In this document: positions 1 through 9,581 of the stretch, piece by piece
Layout of the letters: each line of letters starts with the position of its first letter
Numbering within the stretch: the stretch's first letter is position 1
Source of the DNA: Nitrosopumilus sp.
GTDB lineage: Archaea > Thermoproteota > Nitrososphaeria > Nitrososphaerales > Nitrosopumilaceae
NCBI GenBank assembly: GCA_965218785.1
Contig: OZ244650.1
Span: forward strand, 604,110-668,109
Reading direction: 5' to 3'
Length of the DNA: 64,000 nt
Program-made: the position numbers and the translations under genes
The notes under the pieces: model-generated
Database searches by the model: none
Told to the model about the DNA's origin: nothing
Seen by the model: the letters and a program-made list of their open reading frames with translations, nothing else

Positions 1-340
1 GTTTGGAAACTATTCTGCACTTGCCTTCCTCTGTTTCTAGTATCGCGCCTTTTGTAATTATGCCTCGTCTTTTGTAATCGTTGTTTGTTGCATTCTCCAA
101 AACCTTTAGAATTTTTGTCTTTTTAACTTTGGCATCCCCTGTTGCTAGATTGACAAAATCAATTGTCTTCAATGCCGTCTTTCTATTGTCGCCGCGAACT
201 CTTCTTGTAATGGTTACCTGAGCTCCGTTTATGGGCTCATTTGGATACCTGTCCAACTCATATTTTCGTCTGGTTCTAAGCGGATGTCTTCTGCCTCCGG
301 TCGTTTTACTAGTTGCCAGATTCTCTACGGACTTTCTCAC
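1..340 (-). CDS. rps8e: 30S ribosomal protein S8e (3' end runs off the window)
   Basis: Manual minus-strand translation from GTG at 340: ...TGGRRHPLRTRRKYELDRYPNEP...RRVRGDNRKTALK...NNDYKRRGIITKGAILETEEGKCRIVSK, typical S8e. Not in the ORF track. Confidence 0.93.
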   Translation of the reverse strand, partial: MRKSVENLATSKTTGGRRHPLRTRRKYELDRYPNEPINGAQVTITRRVRGDNRKTALKTIDFVNLATGDAKVKKTKILKVLENATNNDYKRRGIITKGAILETEEGKCRIVSK

Positions 341-411
341 AAAACCTTGTCTGAATCACTCTAATTTATACAAAACGCAAAAAATCCGCCCTGGGCTAGG
401 TATCTGCTTGA

Positions 412-981
412 CTATGTTGTAATTTGAGGAGTGGGGGCCGTATGGCTCATGCTGGCAGTCTTTCTTACTTTGGAGAATAATCTTTGTTTTAGATCTTCGA
501 CATCCCCCTTGATTCCGAAATATTTTTGGAATTTTTCAGTCGTTGCGTAAATTTTTAATCTGCCGACATTTTGATGACTGATGTAATCTAACTGTCTGAG
601 TTCTTTTAGGTGTGCATAAACTCCTGTACCCCTTGTCTCTACAAGCTGCTTTGATGAGATCGGCTGCATATATGCAATGTAGGATAGGGTCTTGAGTGTC
701 GCATTTGGAAGAACTGGTTTTGAGGCATATCTTTTCACCGTGGCACTATACTCTGGTTTTAACTGAAATACGTATGAACCATCTGGAAGTATGACTACTT
801 CTATTGCCTTGAATGCCGACTTTGTCTTTTTCATGATATTGCCGAGTAATTCCAACGTCTTTGTTCTGGATTCTGTGCCTGATGCCCTGATTATCTCTTC
901 TATCCTGAGTGGTCTTCCTGCAGAGTATAATGCCGCCTCAACCCTTGCAGTTGCCTCACCCATGTTCTCAATTTTAGCCAA
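412..981 (-). CDS. scpB: Segregation and condensation protein B (SMC-Scp complex)
   Basis: VEAALYSAGRPL, TLKTLSYIAYMQPI, LKELRQLDYI, YATTEKFQKYFG are ScpB-type motifs; adjacent to scpA-like gene. Confidence 0.88.
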   Translation of the reverse strand: MAKIENMGEATARVEAALYSAGRPLRIEEIIRASGTESRTKTLELLGNIMKKTKSAFKAIEVVILPDGSYVFQLKPEYSATVKRYASKPVLPNATLKTLSYIAYMQPISSKQLVETRGTGVYAHLKELRQLDYISHQNVGRLKIYATTEKFQKYFGIKGDVEDLKQRLFSKVRKTASMSHTAPTPQITT

Positions 982-1033
982 TTACTATCACTTGTCTGAA
1001 ATCTAGTTAAAGAAACCCTTTCTTCATTTTTGA

Positions 1034-1720
1034 TCAGTTTGTTAACTCTTCTTTAATTGATATGATCCTGATGTCGTCTTCTACCTGCTCTAGATCCACC
1101 TTCTGGTCTCTGGCCAAAAACAGCACGGCAAAGAAGCATCTTATCGAATCAATCCCGTCAAGTTCTGCAATAATATCGCGTAGTAATCCAAATCCTGTCG
1201 GTGAGATTTTCTTCATTATCAGATCCTCGTATTTTCCAATAATGCTTTCAAGTGAAATAAAGTATTCCTGAAAATCAGGTGCGTCAATTGGCTCTATTTC
1301 CAGCGGTTTGTTTCTTCTTGACTGGGGATTTGCAATCGTTCCTATGAGCTTTTGGAGCAGTCCTAGCAGGTCATCTAATGATACCGGATATGTTGATTCA
1401 TGTCTAAATGGTATATCGATTAGTTCAATGTCCACGTCTGTTCTCTGATGTATTGGTTTTTTTGCCATAGCCGCCTTTTGTAGTGCAAAAATACTATCGA
1501 CTTTCATTCTATAGATTAATGAGGATGACAGTGCTGCCATTCCTGCTACTTTGAGATCCTTTTTACCTGATTTTTCTAGAATTTTTACCAGCAGATCCAA
1601 AATCTGGATCAAGTCAATCTCCCAGATATCTTTTTTGGCAACAGATGAGGGACTAAATAGAACATTTATCGGTTCCTGAGAAATACTTTGGGAAGTTTCT
1701 GATTTACTCACACTGTACAT
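1034..1720 (-). CDS. scpA: Segregation and condensation protein A (kleisin-like)
   Basis: DIWEIDLIQIL, ALSSSLIYRMKV and C-terminal CFFAVLFLARDQKVDLEQ resemble archaeal ScpA; directly upstream of scpB. Start moved to ATG 1720 to avoid overlap with the divergent gene. Confidence 0.75.
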   Translation of the reverse strand: MYSVSKSETSQSISQEPINVLFSPSSVAKKDIWEIDLIQILDLLVKILEKSGKKDLKVAGMAALSSSLIYRMKVDSIFALQKAAMAKKPIHQRTDVDIELIDIPFRHESTYPVSLDDLLGLLQKLIGTIANPQSRRNKPLEIEPIDAPDFQEYFISLESIIGKYEDLIMKKISPTGFGLLRDIIAELDGIDSIRCFFAVLFLARDQKVDLEQVEDDIRIISIKEELTN

Positions 1721-1787
1721 TATGTCGTATTCAATAATATCTAAGGGCTCTATTTTTTTCCCATTTCCAGTCAACTCTTATATTGTT

Positions 1788-2882
1788 ATGACGAAAAACC
1801 AACCTATGAAATCCGTCCAGATCCCAAATCCTAATGAGCCCCTTACGATATCCGAATCTGAGACTCCAATACCCCGAGGAAACCAGGTCCTAGTTAAAGT
1901 AAGATCTGTGGGTGTATGTCACAGTGATTTGCACTTGTGGGAGGGCGGATATGATCTTGGCGATGGTCAAATAATGAAAGTCACAGACCGGGGTGTAAAA
2001 TACCCGGTAACTCCGGGACATGAAATTGTCGGAACCGTCGAGAAGATCGGCGATGGCGTTTCTGGAACATCGATAGGAGACGAGGTTTTGGTTTTTCCTT
2101 GGATTGGCTGTGGGGAGTGCCCTGCATGTATGGAAGGAGATGAGAACCTGTGTGATACTCCAAAATCAATGGGTGTTTTTCAAGACGGCGGCTATTCTGA
2201 TTACACCCTAGTTCCCCATTTCAAATATCTGGCAAAACTTGACGGCGTTGATCCTGATGCTGCAACCTCGCTTGCCTGCTCTGGACTCACTGCATATAAT
2301 GCAGTAAAGAAAGCAAACATGCATTCACCAGAATACCTGGTGATAGTGGGAGCCGGCGGTCTGGGATTGATGGCAATTCAGATTGCAAAGGCAATAACAA
2401 AGGCCAAAATCATATGCATTGACAATGATGATAAAAAATTTGACACTGCAAAAAAGATGGGCGCTGACTTTGTTGTAAACACCAGCGTCACTGGTTCCAT
2501 ATCCACCGGAGTCGGAAGTCCTACAGATAAAATAATCTCCATCTGTAACGGCAAGGGCGCAGACAGCGTAATTGATTTTGTAAATGCGCCTCAAACCGTA
2601 AAGGTCGGTCTGGGGTCTTTACGTAAAAGGGGAAACCTGGTACTTGTTGGTCTTTTTGGCGGATCTCTGGAATTATCCCTTGTAACAATCCCACTCAAAT
2701 CCATTACCATTCGTGGCGTATACACTGGAAATTACAGCGACATGGTCGAACTTCTTGATCTTGCAAGAAAGGGAATCATTAATCCGGTCATTTCAAAAAA
2801 ATACACACTTGATGAGGCAAGCAACGCCTTGGAGGATCTCAGGGCACGAAAAATTATCGGCCGTGCCGTGATCAATCCATGA
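1788..2882 (+). CDS. Zinc-dependent alcohol dehydrogenase (MDR family)
   Basis: GVCHSDLH, GHEIVG, structural Zn CGECPAC...C, Rossmann GAGGLG. Confidence 0.92.
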   Translation: MTKNQPMKSVQIPNPNEPLTISESETPIPRGNQVLVKVRSVGVCHSDLHLWEGGYDLGDGQIMKVTDRGVKYPVTPGHEIVGTVEKIGDGVSGTSIGDEVLVFPWIGCGECPACMEGDENLCDTPKSMGVFQDGGYSDYTLVPHFKYLAKLDGVDPDAATSLACSGLTAYNAVKKANMHSPEYLVIVGAGGLGLMAIQIAKAITKAKIICIDNDDKKFDTAKKMGADFVVNTSVTGSISTGVGSPTDKIISICNGKGADSVIDFVNAPQTVKVGLGSLRKRGNLVLVGLFGGSLELSLVTIPLKSITIRGVYTGNYSDMVELLDLARKGIINPVISKKYTLDEASNALEDLRARKIIGRAVINP

Positions 2883-2929
2883 TTTACCACGCCGGCTAAA
2901 CTCTAATGCATTTTTGATTCATGTAGAAT

Positions 2930-3505
2930 CTAGTTTGTGATTTGATCATCTAAAATCCATCCCGATTTTAAAATTCCTTGATCTTCTTGTTCGCCAATTC
3001 CTGTTGCAAACCTCCAGATAAACGGCGCATCAGTGCTCATCTTCTCCTTGATTTTTAAAAGCGATTCCATTTCAGAATTTAGATTCTCATCTGCGGCTCC
3101 GTGTTCCTTGCAAAATTTACATTTTTCATCAAATGTAATCGGATCTATTTGGATTAATGGAAACGTCATACATGCAAGCGGTCTTTCACTGTAAATTTTA
3201 CATGGAAATCCGCCATGTGGTGATTTGTTTCCGCTGTCAGTATCCAGGAAAGGACATGTATTCCCATTCTTCTCGATTCCCATCATCTGATATGCCAAAA
3301 TTTTCGTCGGGATTGAATTCTTATCCTCGGAGATCCCGATTCTTGGCAGTATTTTGATCTTTATCCCATTGGTTTTTGCCAATTTCTCGATTCTTTCTTT
3401 TTCTTCAGGAAGGATTAACACTCCTATTTTTCCAAATTTTTTACTGGGATAATACTCTCTTTCAATACAGCACTGTGCGCATTCTTTTATGCATCTAAAT
3501 TCCAC
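2930..3505 (-). CDS. YkgJ-family cysteine-cluster (Zn/Fe-S) protein
   Basis: CIKECAQCC, CPFLD, CKIYSERPLACMTFP signature. Confidence 0.8.
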   Translation of the reverse strand: MEFRCIKECAQCCIEREYYPSKKFGKIGVLILPEEKERIEKLAKTNGIKIKILPRIGISEDKNSIPTKILAYQMMGIEKNGNTCPFLDTDSGNKSPHGGFPCKIYSERPLACMTFPLIQIDPITFDEKCKFCKEHGAADENLNSEMESLLKIKEKMSTDAPFIWRFATGIGEQEDQGILKSGWILDDQITN

Positions 3506-3611
3506 AAACTGGTTTTAATCATAATGAATAAAATCTCTTGTGTTTGGTTTTATCTGGCATTTCCATCTCAAAAACCCTATCAGTTATATGCTCAGAATAG
3601 CAATGAAAATC

Positions 3612-3923
3612 ATGGGCAAACGCCAAGTAAAAAATGAAAGTGCTCTAAAAGAGATTCGTTTGCCTGAAGAAGGCGAACTGTTTGGCCGTGTTTTGAAGAT
3701 GCTTGGGGGCGAAAATGTCATGATAAAATGTGCCGATAATATTACAAGACGGGGCAGAATCAGGGGAAAACTCAAGAGAAGAGTCTGGATTCGAGATAAT
3801 GATATTGTAATCATTGCCCCCTGGGAATTTAAAAGCGATGAGCGTGGTGATATAATCTGGAGGTTTACACTGCCCCAGGTTACATGGTTAAAAGAGAATA
3901 AACACATTCCTAAGGACTTTTAG
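3612..3923 (+). CDS. eif1a: Translation initiation factor 1A
   Basis: GRVLKMLGG, RGRIRGKLKRRVWIRDNDIVIIAPWEF; start taken at MGKRQV. Confidence 0.95.
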   Translation: MGKRQVKNESALKEIRLPEEGELFGRVLKMLGGENVMIKCADNITRRGRIRGKLKRRVWIRDNDIVIIAPWEFKSDERGDIIWRFTLPQVTWLKENKHIPKDF

Positions 3924-3988
3924 TCCTGACTCTGAATGACTGTTTTTGACATCTAACTTAATATAGTGAATAATTGTTGCAAAAACAA

Positions 3989-4180
3989 ATGGAACAAGGT
4001 ACCGTAAAATGGTTTAACCGTACTAAGGGCTTTGGTTTTATTGAAAGAGAGGGTGGAGACGATCTGTTTGTACATAAGACAGATGTTGACGGATTCATCA
4101 ACGAAGGCGATAAAGTCGAGTTTGAAGTAGGCGAAGGTAAAAAAGGACCAGCAGCACAAAAAGTCAAAAAATCAGAGTAG
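3989..4180 (+). CDS. csp: Cold-shock domain protein
   Basis: GTVKWFN, KGFGFI (RNP1), DLFVH (RNP2). Confidence 0.95.
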   Translation: MEQGTVKWFNRTKGFGFIEREGGDDLFVHKTDVDGFINEGDKVEFEVGEGKKGPAAQKVKKSE

Positions 4181-4412
4181 GCAATGAATTTTTTAATTTA
4201 AGAGTTAAATTTTATTATCTTAAATCAGTCTATCTTTTTATTATTTTTATAAATTAAAATTCAAGATTTTCATGTCTCATATTAAATTCTTTAATTCGTA
4301 CTGCAGATACAAATAGTTGAGATATCCGTTGGGTTCTTTGGTAAAATCGGGGTTTCACTAAACCTTTTATCCAAAACTGACAAGGAATAGAAAAGGAGAT
4401 GGCTGAGAAGGC

Positions 4413-5761
4413 GTGCAAAAAATGAGTGCAAAAATAATAATTGTAATCGCAATAGTCGTTTTGGCAATAGTTACCGCAGGAATAGCGTATTCAGTTGGTC
4501 TTGATCAGCCGCCCAGGATCAACAGACAGTCTCCCTTTATAGATGTGGCCGTGCCATACGATACAGACTATACAGCAATCATAGATGCTGCTGTTCACAC
4601 CACCGATACGACCATACCTGAGAGCGTGTCTCAATCAAACAACGCTTTTACCATCGACTTTTACAGGCAGGTATCAAGTGAACTTGATGCTGACTCGAAC
4701 ATATTCTTCTCACCTACAAGCATGTACATGGCATTTTCCCTCCTGTACGAGGGTGCAAAACAAAACACGGCCGAGGAGATACAGCAGGTATTCGGATTTG
4801 AGCCTGATGAAACGATGCGCCATAACGACACGGCACATGCAATATCCTCCATAAACCGTGACGATCCGCATGCCACGCTTGCCATGGCAAACGCGCTGTG
4901 GCTTGCCGACTGGTTTGAGCCGTATGACTCTTACCTTGATGTCGGGCGCCAGACATATCTTGCTGGCATTAAGACAGTCAGCTTTACTAAACCCGTAGAA
5001 GAGCCGGAGGTGTCAAGCAGATAAATGACTGGGCATCAGATAACACAAACGGCAAGATTCCAAAGGTCATTGGAAAGGAGAGTGTAGACGGCGCAACTGC
5101 CATGGCAATTACCAATGCAATTTACTTCAAGGGTACGTGGCTGACGCAGTTTGATCCCGAGAATACAAAAGAATCTGACTTTTGGACTAGCGAATCAAAA
5201 AACACCACTGCCAATTTTATGGCAAACAATGCTGTATTTCACTATACAAAGTCACATGGTGCACAGGTGCTCAAGATACCATATGATGGTGACAGGCTCT
5301 CCATGCTAGTCATTTTACCCGAGGATAGACATGGAATCGATACGCTAGAGAAATCGCTGACACAGGAGATGATAGAGGGATGGCAGCAGAACATGCACTC
5401 TACAGATGTACTAGTAGAGATGCCAAAGTTCAAGATGAGTACGCATTATGACCTTAAAAAACACCTAAAAAACCTCGGAATAAACGATGTCTTTGTTCCA
5501 GGAACATCAGATCTATCCGGTATTGCATATGTGGGTGACAGGAATCTGTATGTATCTAAAGCCAATCAGGTTGCATTTGTAGATGTAAACGAGGAGGGAA
5601 CAGAGGCCGCCGCCGTCACAACCGGCACGCTGAGTATGACAACACTCTCACACCCATCACCACCACGATTCATTGCAGACCACCCATTCATATTCATAAT
5701 ACAGGACGATGAGAGCGGTGCAATCCTGTTCATGGGACGGCTCTCTGATCCCAGTTCCTGA
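4413..5761 (+). pseudogene. Serpin with N-terminal membrane anchor, split by one frameshift near 5000-5015
   Basis: ORF1 has NAFTIDFY, NIFFSPTS, ANALW. The shifted frame continues KQINDWASDNTNGKIPK...AITNAIYFKGTW to EEGTEAAAVT and FIADHPFIFII. Confidence 0.9.
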
Positions 5762-6145
5762 TGACATATCTGGAATCTGTCAACGGGAGATATTCAATAA
5801 CGCAATAAAACGTAATAGGGAAATCATAAACCAGAAAACACTGAAAATACTAAAACCCAATTAAGATAATGCTAAAATGAATACATTAGAAATTAACTTT
5901 AGCAATTGCGGGAAGATGCAACTTTATGATGAAAACCCGTATTACAAAATAGCCACAAAATATGAAAGAAATCACAAAATAAATTCCCGCATTTTTAATC
6001 CCATTTCAAATTCATCCTGTGATTTGATCGCATCTCTGAATGCCCGATCTATCTTTAAGATTTTGAATATTGGTTTTTGGATGCTGTCTTTTTGTGACTG
6101 CTTATCTCTCAGATCTGGCATATGGGAGTTGAATTTAATTGTGAA

Positions 6146-6269
6146 TCCCGCGGGGCGGAGTTGAACCACCGACAACCCGGTTTCTGTATGCCTGATATGC
6201 TGCTATTTGATCAGCCATCTAAAGCCAACAACTACAGCCGGAAGCTCTACCAGGCTGAGCTACCACGGG
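6146..6269 (-). tRNA. trnY: tRNA-Tyr(GUA) with ~50-nt intron at position 37/38 (6182-6231)
   Basis: Acceptor stem CCCGTGG/CCGCGGG-A with C1:G72; D arm AGCTCAGCCTGGTAGAGC; anticodon GTA at 6235-6233; T loop TTCAACT; CTGT/ACAG helix flanked by 3-nt bulges (BHB-like). Confidence 0.93.
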
Positions 6270-6376
6270 ACAAGGAAAACAAAGATCCATGCCATTAAAA
6301 AACTATCGTAGGTGCCTTCCCACAGTTGATCGTGGGATTCGTATAAGCATAAATACCTTCAAAAGTTTTTGTAGCT

Positions 6377-6991
6377 TTGATGTCTGAACTAAAACTCTCC
6401 TATTCTGGTTATGTTTGCGCCCCATATCTGCATACGCATGAATCAGTTGAGATAAAAGAGTCCTGGATTAATTCAAAAAATATCGAGAAATTATTTTTTG
6501 TTACAGGCACGTTTTCTAATGAAAGCAAACCCTACTTTTCTGATTCTACCAACCATTACCTTCTAGCCAAATACAGGGACAGTGAAGAGATCTTCAAAGA
6601 CCTTTCTGTGCATAATCAATGCAAAACATCCTTTGTTTTTAACGTAAAAGACGATCTCTTCCAAAGAGAGGTTGAAGATCAAACCAATTTTGTCTCAGTA
6701 TACTATGTCGAATACGGGGAAGATGACGATGATCTGCAAGAAATCGCAAACCTTCTACTAAAAAGAGAAAAGATTGCAAAAGCCGGACTGGGAAACATGG
6801 ATACTTTTTGCCTGACTCCCTCAAAATTCACGTTTCCATACTCTGAAAACATCGTAGTCATTGAAGTCGCAAGCGAAAAGAGCCATCAAAGTGTAAAGAA
6901 ATATTGCGAGCAAACACGACGTGATGTCAACCGAAAAGGGTTGACAATGACTAACTTGATGAGTCTCTCAATCCTTGATCAACTAAAGTAG
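6377..6991 (+). CDS. Conserved hypothetical protein
   Basis: 204-aa ORF with backbone-like composition between the tRNA and eIF-5A; no motif recognised. Confidence 0.7.
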   Translation: MMSELKLSYSGYVCAPYLHTHESVEIKESWINSKNIEKLFFVTGTFSNESKPYFSDSTNHYLLAKYRDSEEIFKDLSVHNQCKTSFVFNVKDDLFQREVEDQTNFVSVYYVEYGEDDDDLQEIANLLLKREKIAKAGLGNMDTFCLTPSKFTFPYSENIVVIEVASEKSHQSVKKYCEQTRRDVNRKGLTMTNLMSLSILDQLK

Positions 6992-7025
6992 AAAAGTTAA
7001 ATATTCGACGAAAAACTGTTTTTTC

Positions 7026-7436
7026 ATGAGCAAACCCTCTGATCTTGGTTCTTTGAAAATAGGTTCTTACATTCTGCTGCCACACTCCGATCAACCAAGC
7101 GGTGAACCATGTAGAATTACAGAATATGATACATCAAAACCAGGAAAGCACGGTGCGGCCAAAGCCCGAATCGTCGGTGAGGGAATATTTGATGGACAAA
7201 AAAGACCGCACGTGGGACCTGTCAGCATGCAAATCCACATTCCAATGATTAACAAAAAACTAGGCCAGATAATCTCCATAAACGGAGACACGGTTCAGGT
7301 CATGGACTCTGAAACTTTTGAAACAATTGACGTATCCCTGATTGATGATGAAGTTAAAGGCAAGCTAGAAAATGGTCAAAATGTAGAGTATTGGGTTGTA
7401 ATGGATAAAACTAAAATCATGCGTATTAAGAGCTGA
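7026..7436 (+). CDS. eif5a: Translation initiation/elongation factor 5A
   Basis: Hypusination motif SKPGKHGAAKAR. Confidence 0.97.
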   Translation: MSKPSDLGSLKIGSYILLPHSDQPSGEPCRITEYDTSKPGKHGAAKARIVGEGIFDGQKRPHVGPVSMQIHIPMINKKLGQIISINGDTVQVMDSETFETIDVSLIDDEVKGKLENGQNVEYWVVMDKTKIMRIKS

Positions 7437-7551
7437 TATGATGCTGATGATGAATGGAAAAGCCGTCTGATTTTTGATGAGGATTATGAGTAATGAGGCA
7501 TCTTTTTTCAACAAATTTCAAAGGTTTGTTGAATCAAAATTTTTTTAGATC

Positions 7552-8241
7552 ATGAATCTGGGCTCTCTTTTTTCAGGTGGAAAAGATAGCACGTGTGCAA
7601 TCTATCTGGCACAAAAACAGGGACATGATGTAACATGTCTTCTAAGTGTCTTTACAAAATCCGAAGAAAGTCATTTGCTGCACCATCCAAATTTACAATG
7701 GACAAAACTACAGTCAGAATCAATGAAAATTCCCCAACTAACCATCGACTCTCATTCTGATGAGACTGATGATGAATTATCACTGCTTGAAGATTTGATT
7801 CAAGATGCCAAGGAACAATTCCATATCGAGGGGCTAGTTCATGGTGGAATTAAAAGCCGATTTCAAAAGGAAAAATTTCAAGCCCTTTGTTCAAAACTAA
7901 ATTTGGTGGCAGTCTCCCCATTGTGGGATGCTGATCCAAAACAATACATGAATGATCTGCTTGATTCAAACTTTGATTTTATAATGACGACTGTCTCCTC
8001 TGATGGTCTGGATGACGCATGGCTTGGCAGAGTCATTTCACGATCTAATCTTGATACCTTGCAATCCCTGTCTGAGAAATTCGGCTTTAACCTGGATTTC
8101 GAAGGGGGGGAGGCAGAAACGTTTGTGATTGACTGTCCCCTCTTTTCAAATCCGATCAAAATTAACCGTGCCAATAAGACATGGGATGGATATAGAGGAA
8201 GGTTTGAAATAGTGGATGCGGAATTGAACTATAATGCTTGA
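7552..8241 (+). CDS. dph6: Diphthine--ammonia ligase (PP-loop ATPase)
   Basis: SGGKDS PP-loop, PLW, EGGEAETFVIDCPLF. Confidence 0.88.
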   Translation: MNLGSLFSGGKDSTCAIYLAQKQGHDVTCLLSVFTKSEESHLLHHPNLQWTKLQSESMKIPQLTIDSHSDETDDELSLLEDLIQDAKEQFHIEGLVHGGIKSRFQKEKFQALCSKLNLVAVSPLWDADPKQYMNDLLDSNFDFIMTTVSSDGLDDAWLGRVISRSNLDTLQSLSEKFGFNLDFEGGEAETFVIDCPLFSNPIKINRANKTWDGYRGRFEIVDAELNYNA

Positions 8242-9559
8242 TGGATTAAAGGACAACCTGGGCGCCGCACTCAAAAAAATTCTCAAATCCTCGGGCATAG
8301 ATGAGGATCTTATAAAAGAACTCTCCCGTGATGTTCAAAGGGCACTGATAAATTCTGACGTAGATGTTGAACTGGTTTTGAAGGTTACAGACCAACTCAC
8401 AGAGCGTGCATTAAATGAAACCCCCCCTCCCGGACTGTCACGTAAAAACCATATCGTGAACATACTATATGATGAACTCTCCAAATTAATGGGAAATGAA
8501 TCTGATTTTGACTTTAAATCTGGAAAACAAAACAAGATAGTCCTGCTTGGAATCCAGGGAAGTGGTAAAACCACGGTCACATCAAAACTTGCCAGATTCT
8601 TGACAAAACAGGGATATGCAGTCGGGGTCGTAGGTGCTGATACCTATAGACCAGGAGCACTAGTGCAGCTTAAAACCATGTGTGAAAAATCAAACGTTGA
8701 AGTTTATGGTGAAGAAAATAACAAGGATTCGCCTAGTATTGTAAAAAACGGGTTGAAACATTTCGGAGGCCAGCCCTTGGATGTTGTCTTGATTGATACT
8801 GCCGGCCGTCACAAGGAGGAGCAAGACCTGCTAGAGGAAATGTCTAGAATTAACAAGGCTGCCGAACCGGATCTGGCATTACTTGTAATTGATGCGACTA
8901 TAGGACAGCAGTGCTATAGCCAGGCAGCGGCATTTCATAAAACCATTCCAGTAGGCGGTGTCATCATTACAAAATTGGATAGCTCTGCAAAGGGCGGAGG
9001 CGCACTTGCGGCATCCACTGCTACTGGCGCACAAATAATGTACATTGGTACAGGTGAACGAGTTGATGATTTGGAAAAATTCTCCCCAACCCGATTTGTT
9101 GGACGGCTACTTGGAATGGGCGACATTCAAACAGTACTGGATTTGGCCAAACGACTAGAAGATGAAGGGGATGGCGTACGAATGAAAAGAATTTCTAGTG
9201 GAAAAATGAGCATGGATGATTTCTTTTATCAGTTAGAAGAGGTTACCAAGGTCGGTTCATTAAAAGGCATTCTTGAGAGCATGCCCGGTCTCTCAGGAAT
9301 GGTAAAAGATGATCAGCTAGATCAAATGGAGGGAAGAGTTGAGAAATGGCGCTATATCATTCAGAGTATGACCAAAGATGAAAAAACAGATCCTACCCTG
9401 ATTCGTCAGTCGAGAATCAAAAGAATCGCCCGGGGTTCTGGCTGGCCAGAAGGTGAAGTCAAGGAACTGCTCAAAAATTACACACAATCTAAGAACATGA
9501 TGAAGGCTTCAAAGGGGCGTCAGATGCAAGGCACTCTTAGAAAAATGGGCCTGGGATAA
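8234..9559 (+). CDS. srp54: Signal recognition particle protein SRP54
   Basis: GIQGSGKTT, DTYRPGA, DTAGRH, TKLD, GTGE, Met-rich M domain with SRIKRIARGSG. Confidence 0.97.
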   Translation: MLDGLKDNLGAALKKILKSSGIDEDLIKELSRDVQRALINSDVDVELVLKVTDQLTERALNETPPPGLSRKNHIVNILYDELSKLMGNESDFDFKSGKQNKIVLLGIQGSGKTTVTSKLARFLTKQGYAVGVVGADTYRPGALVQLKTMCEKSNVEVYGEENNKDSPSIVKNGLKHFGGQPLDVVLIDTAGRHKEEQDLLEEMSRINKAAEPDLALLVIDATIGQQCYSQAAAFHKTIPVGGVIITKLDSSAKGGGALAASTATGAQIMYIGTGERVDDLEKFSPTRFVGRLLGMGDIQTVLDLAKRLEDEGDGVRMKRISSGKMSMDDFFYQLEEVTKVGSLKGILESMPGLSGMVKDDQLDQMEGRVEKWRYIIQSMTKDEKTDPTLIRQSRIKRIARGSGWPEGEVKELLKNYTQSKNMMKASKGRQMQGTLRKMGLG

Positions 9560-9581
9560 TCTCACAGAATTATTTTCTGAC

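Noticed and set aside
1722-1787. Overlapping divergent 5' ends of scpA and the alcohol dehydrogenase
   Set aside because: Artefact of longest-ORF start calling; internal ATGs remove the overlap.
4200-6145. Duplicated tRNA 3' end (attR) bounding the serpin patch
   Set aside because: Only a short match (TCCCGC near 5985) was found, which is expected by chance.
5972-6175. Minus-strand 67-aa ORF
   Set aside because: Its start lies inside the tRNA-Tyr; at best a degraded fragment.
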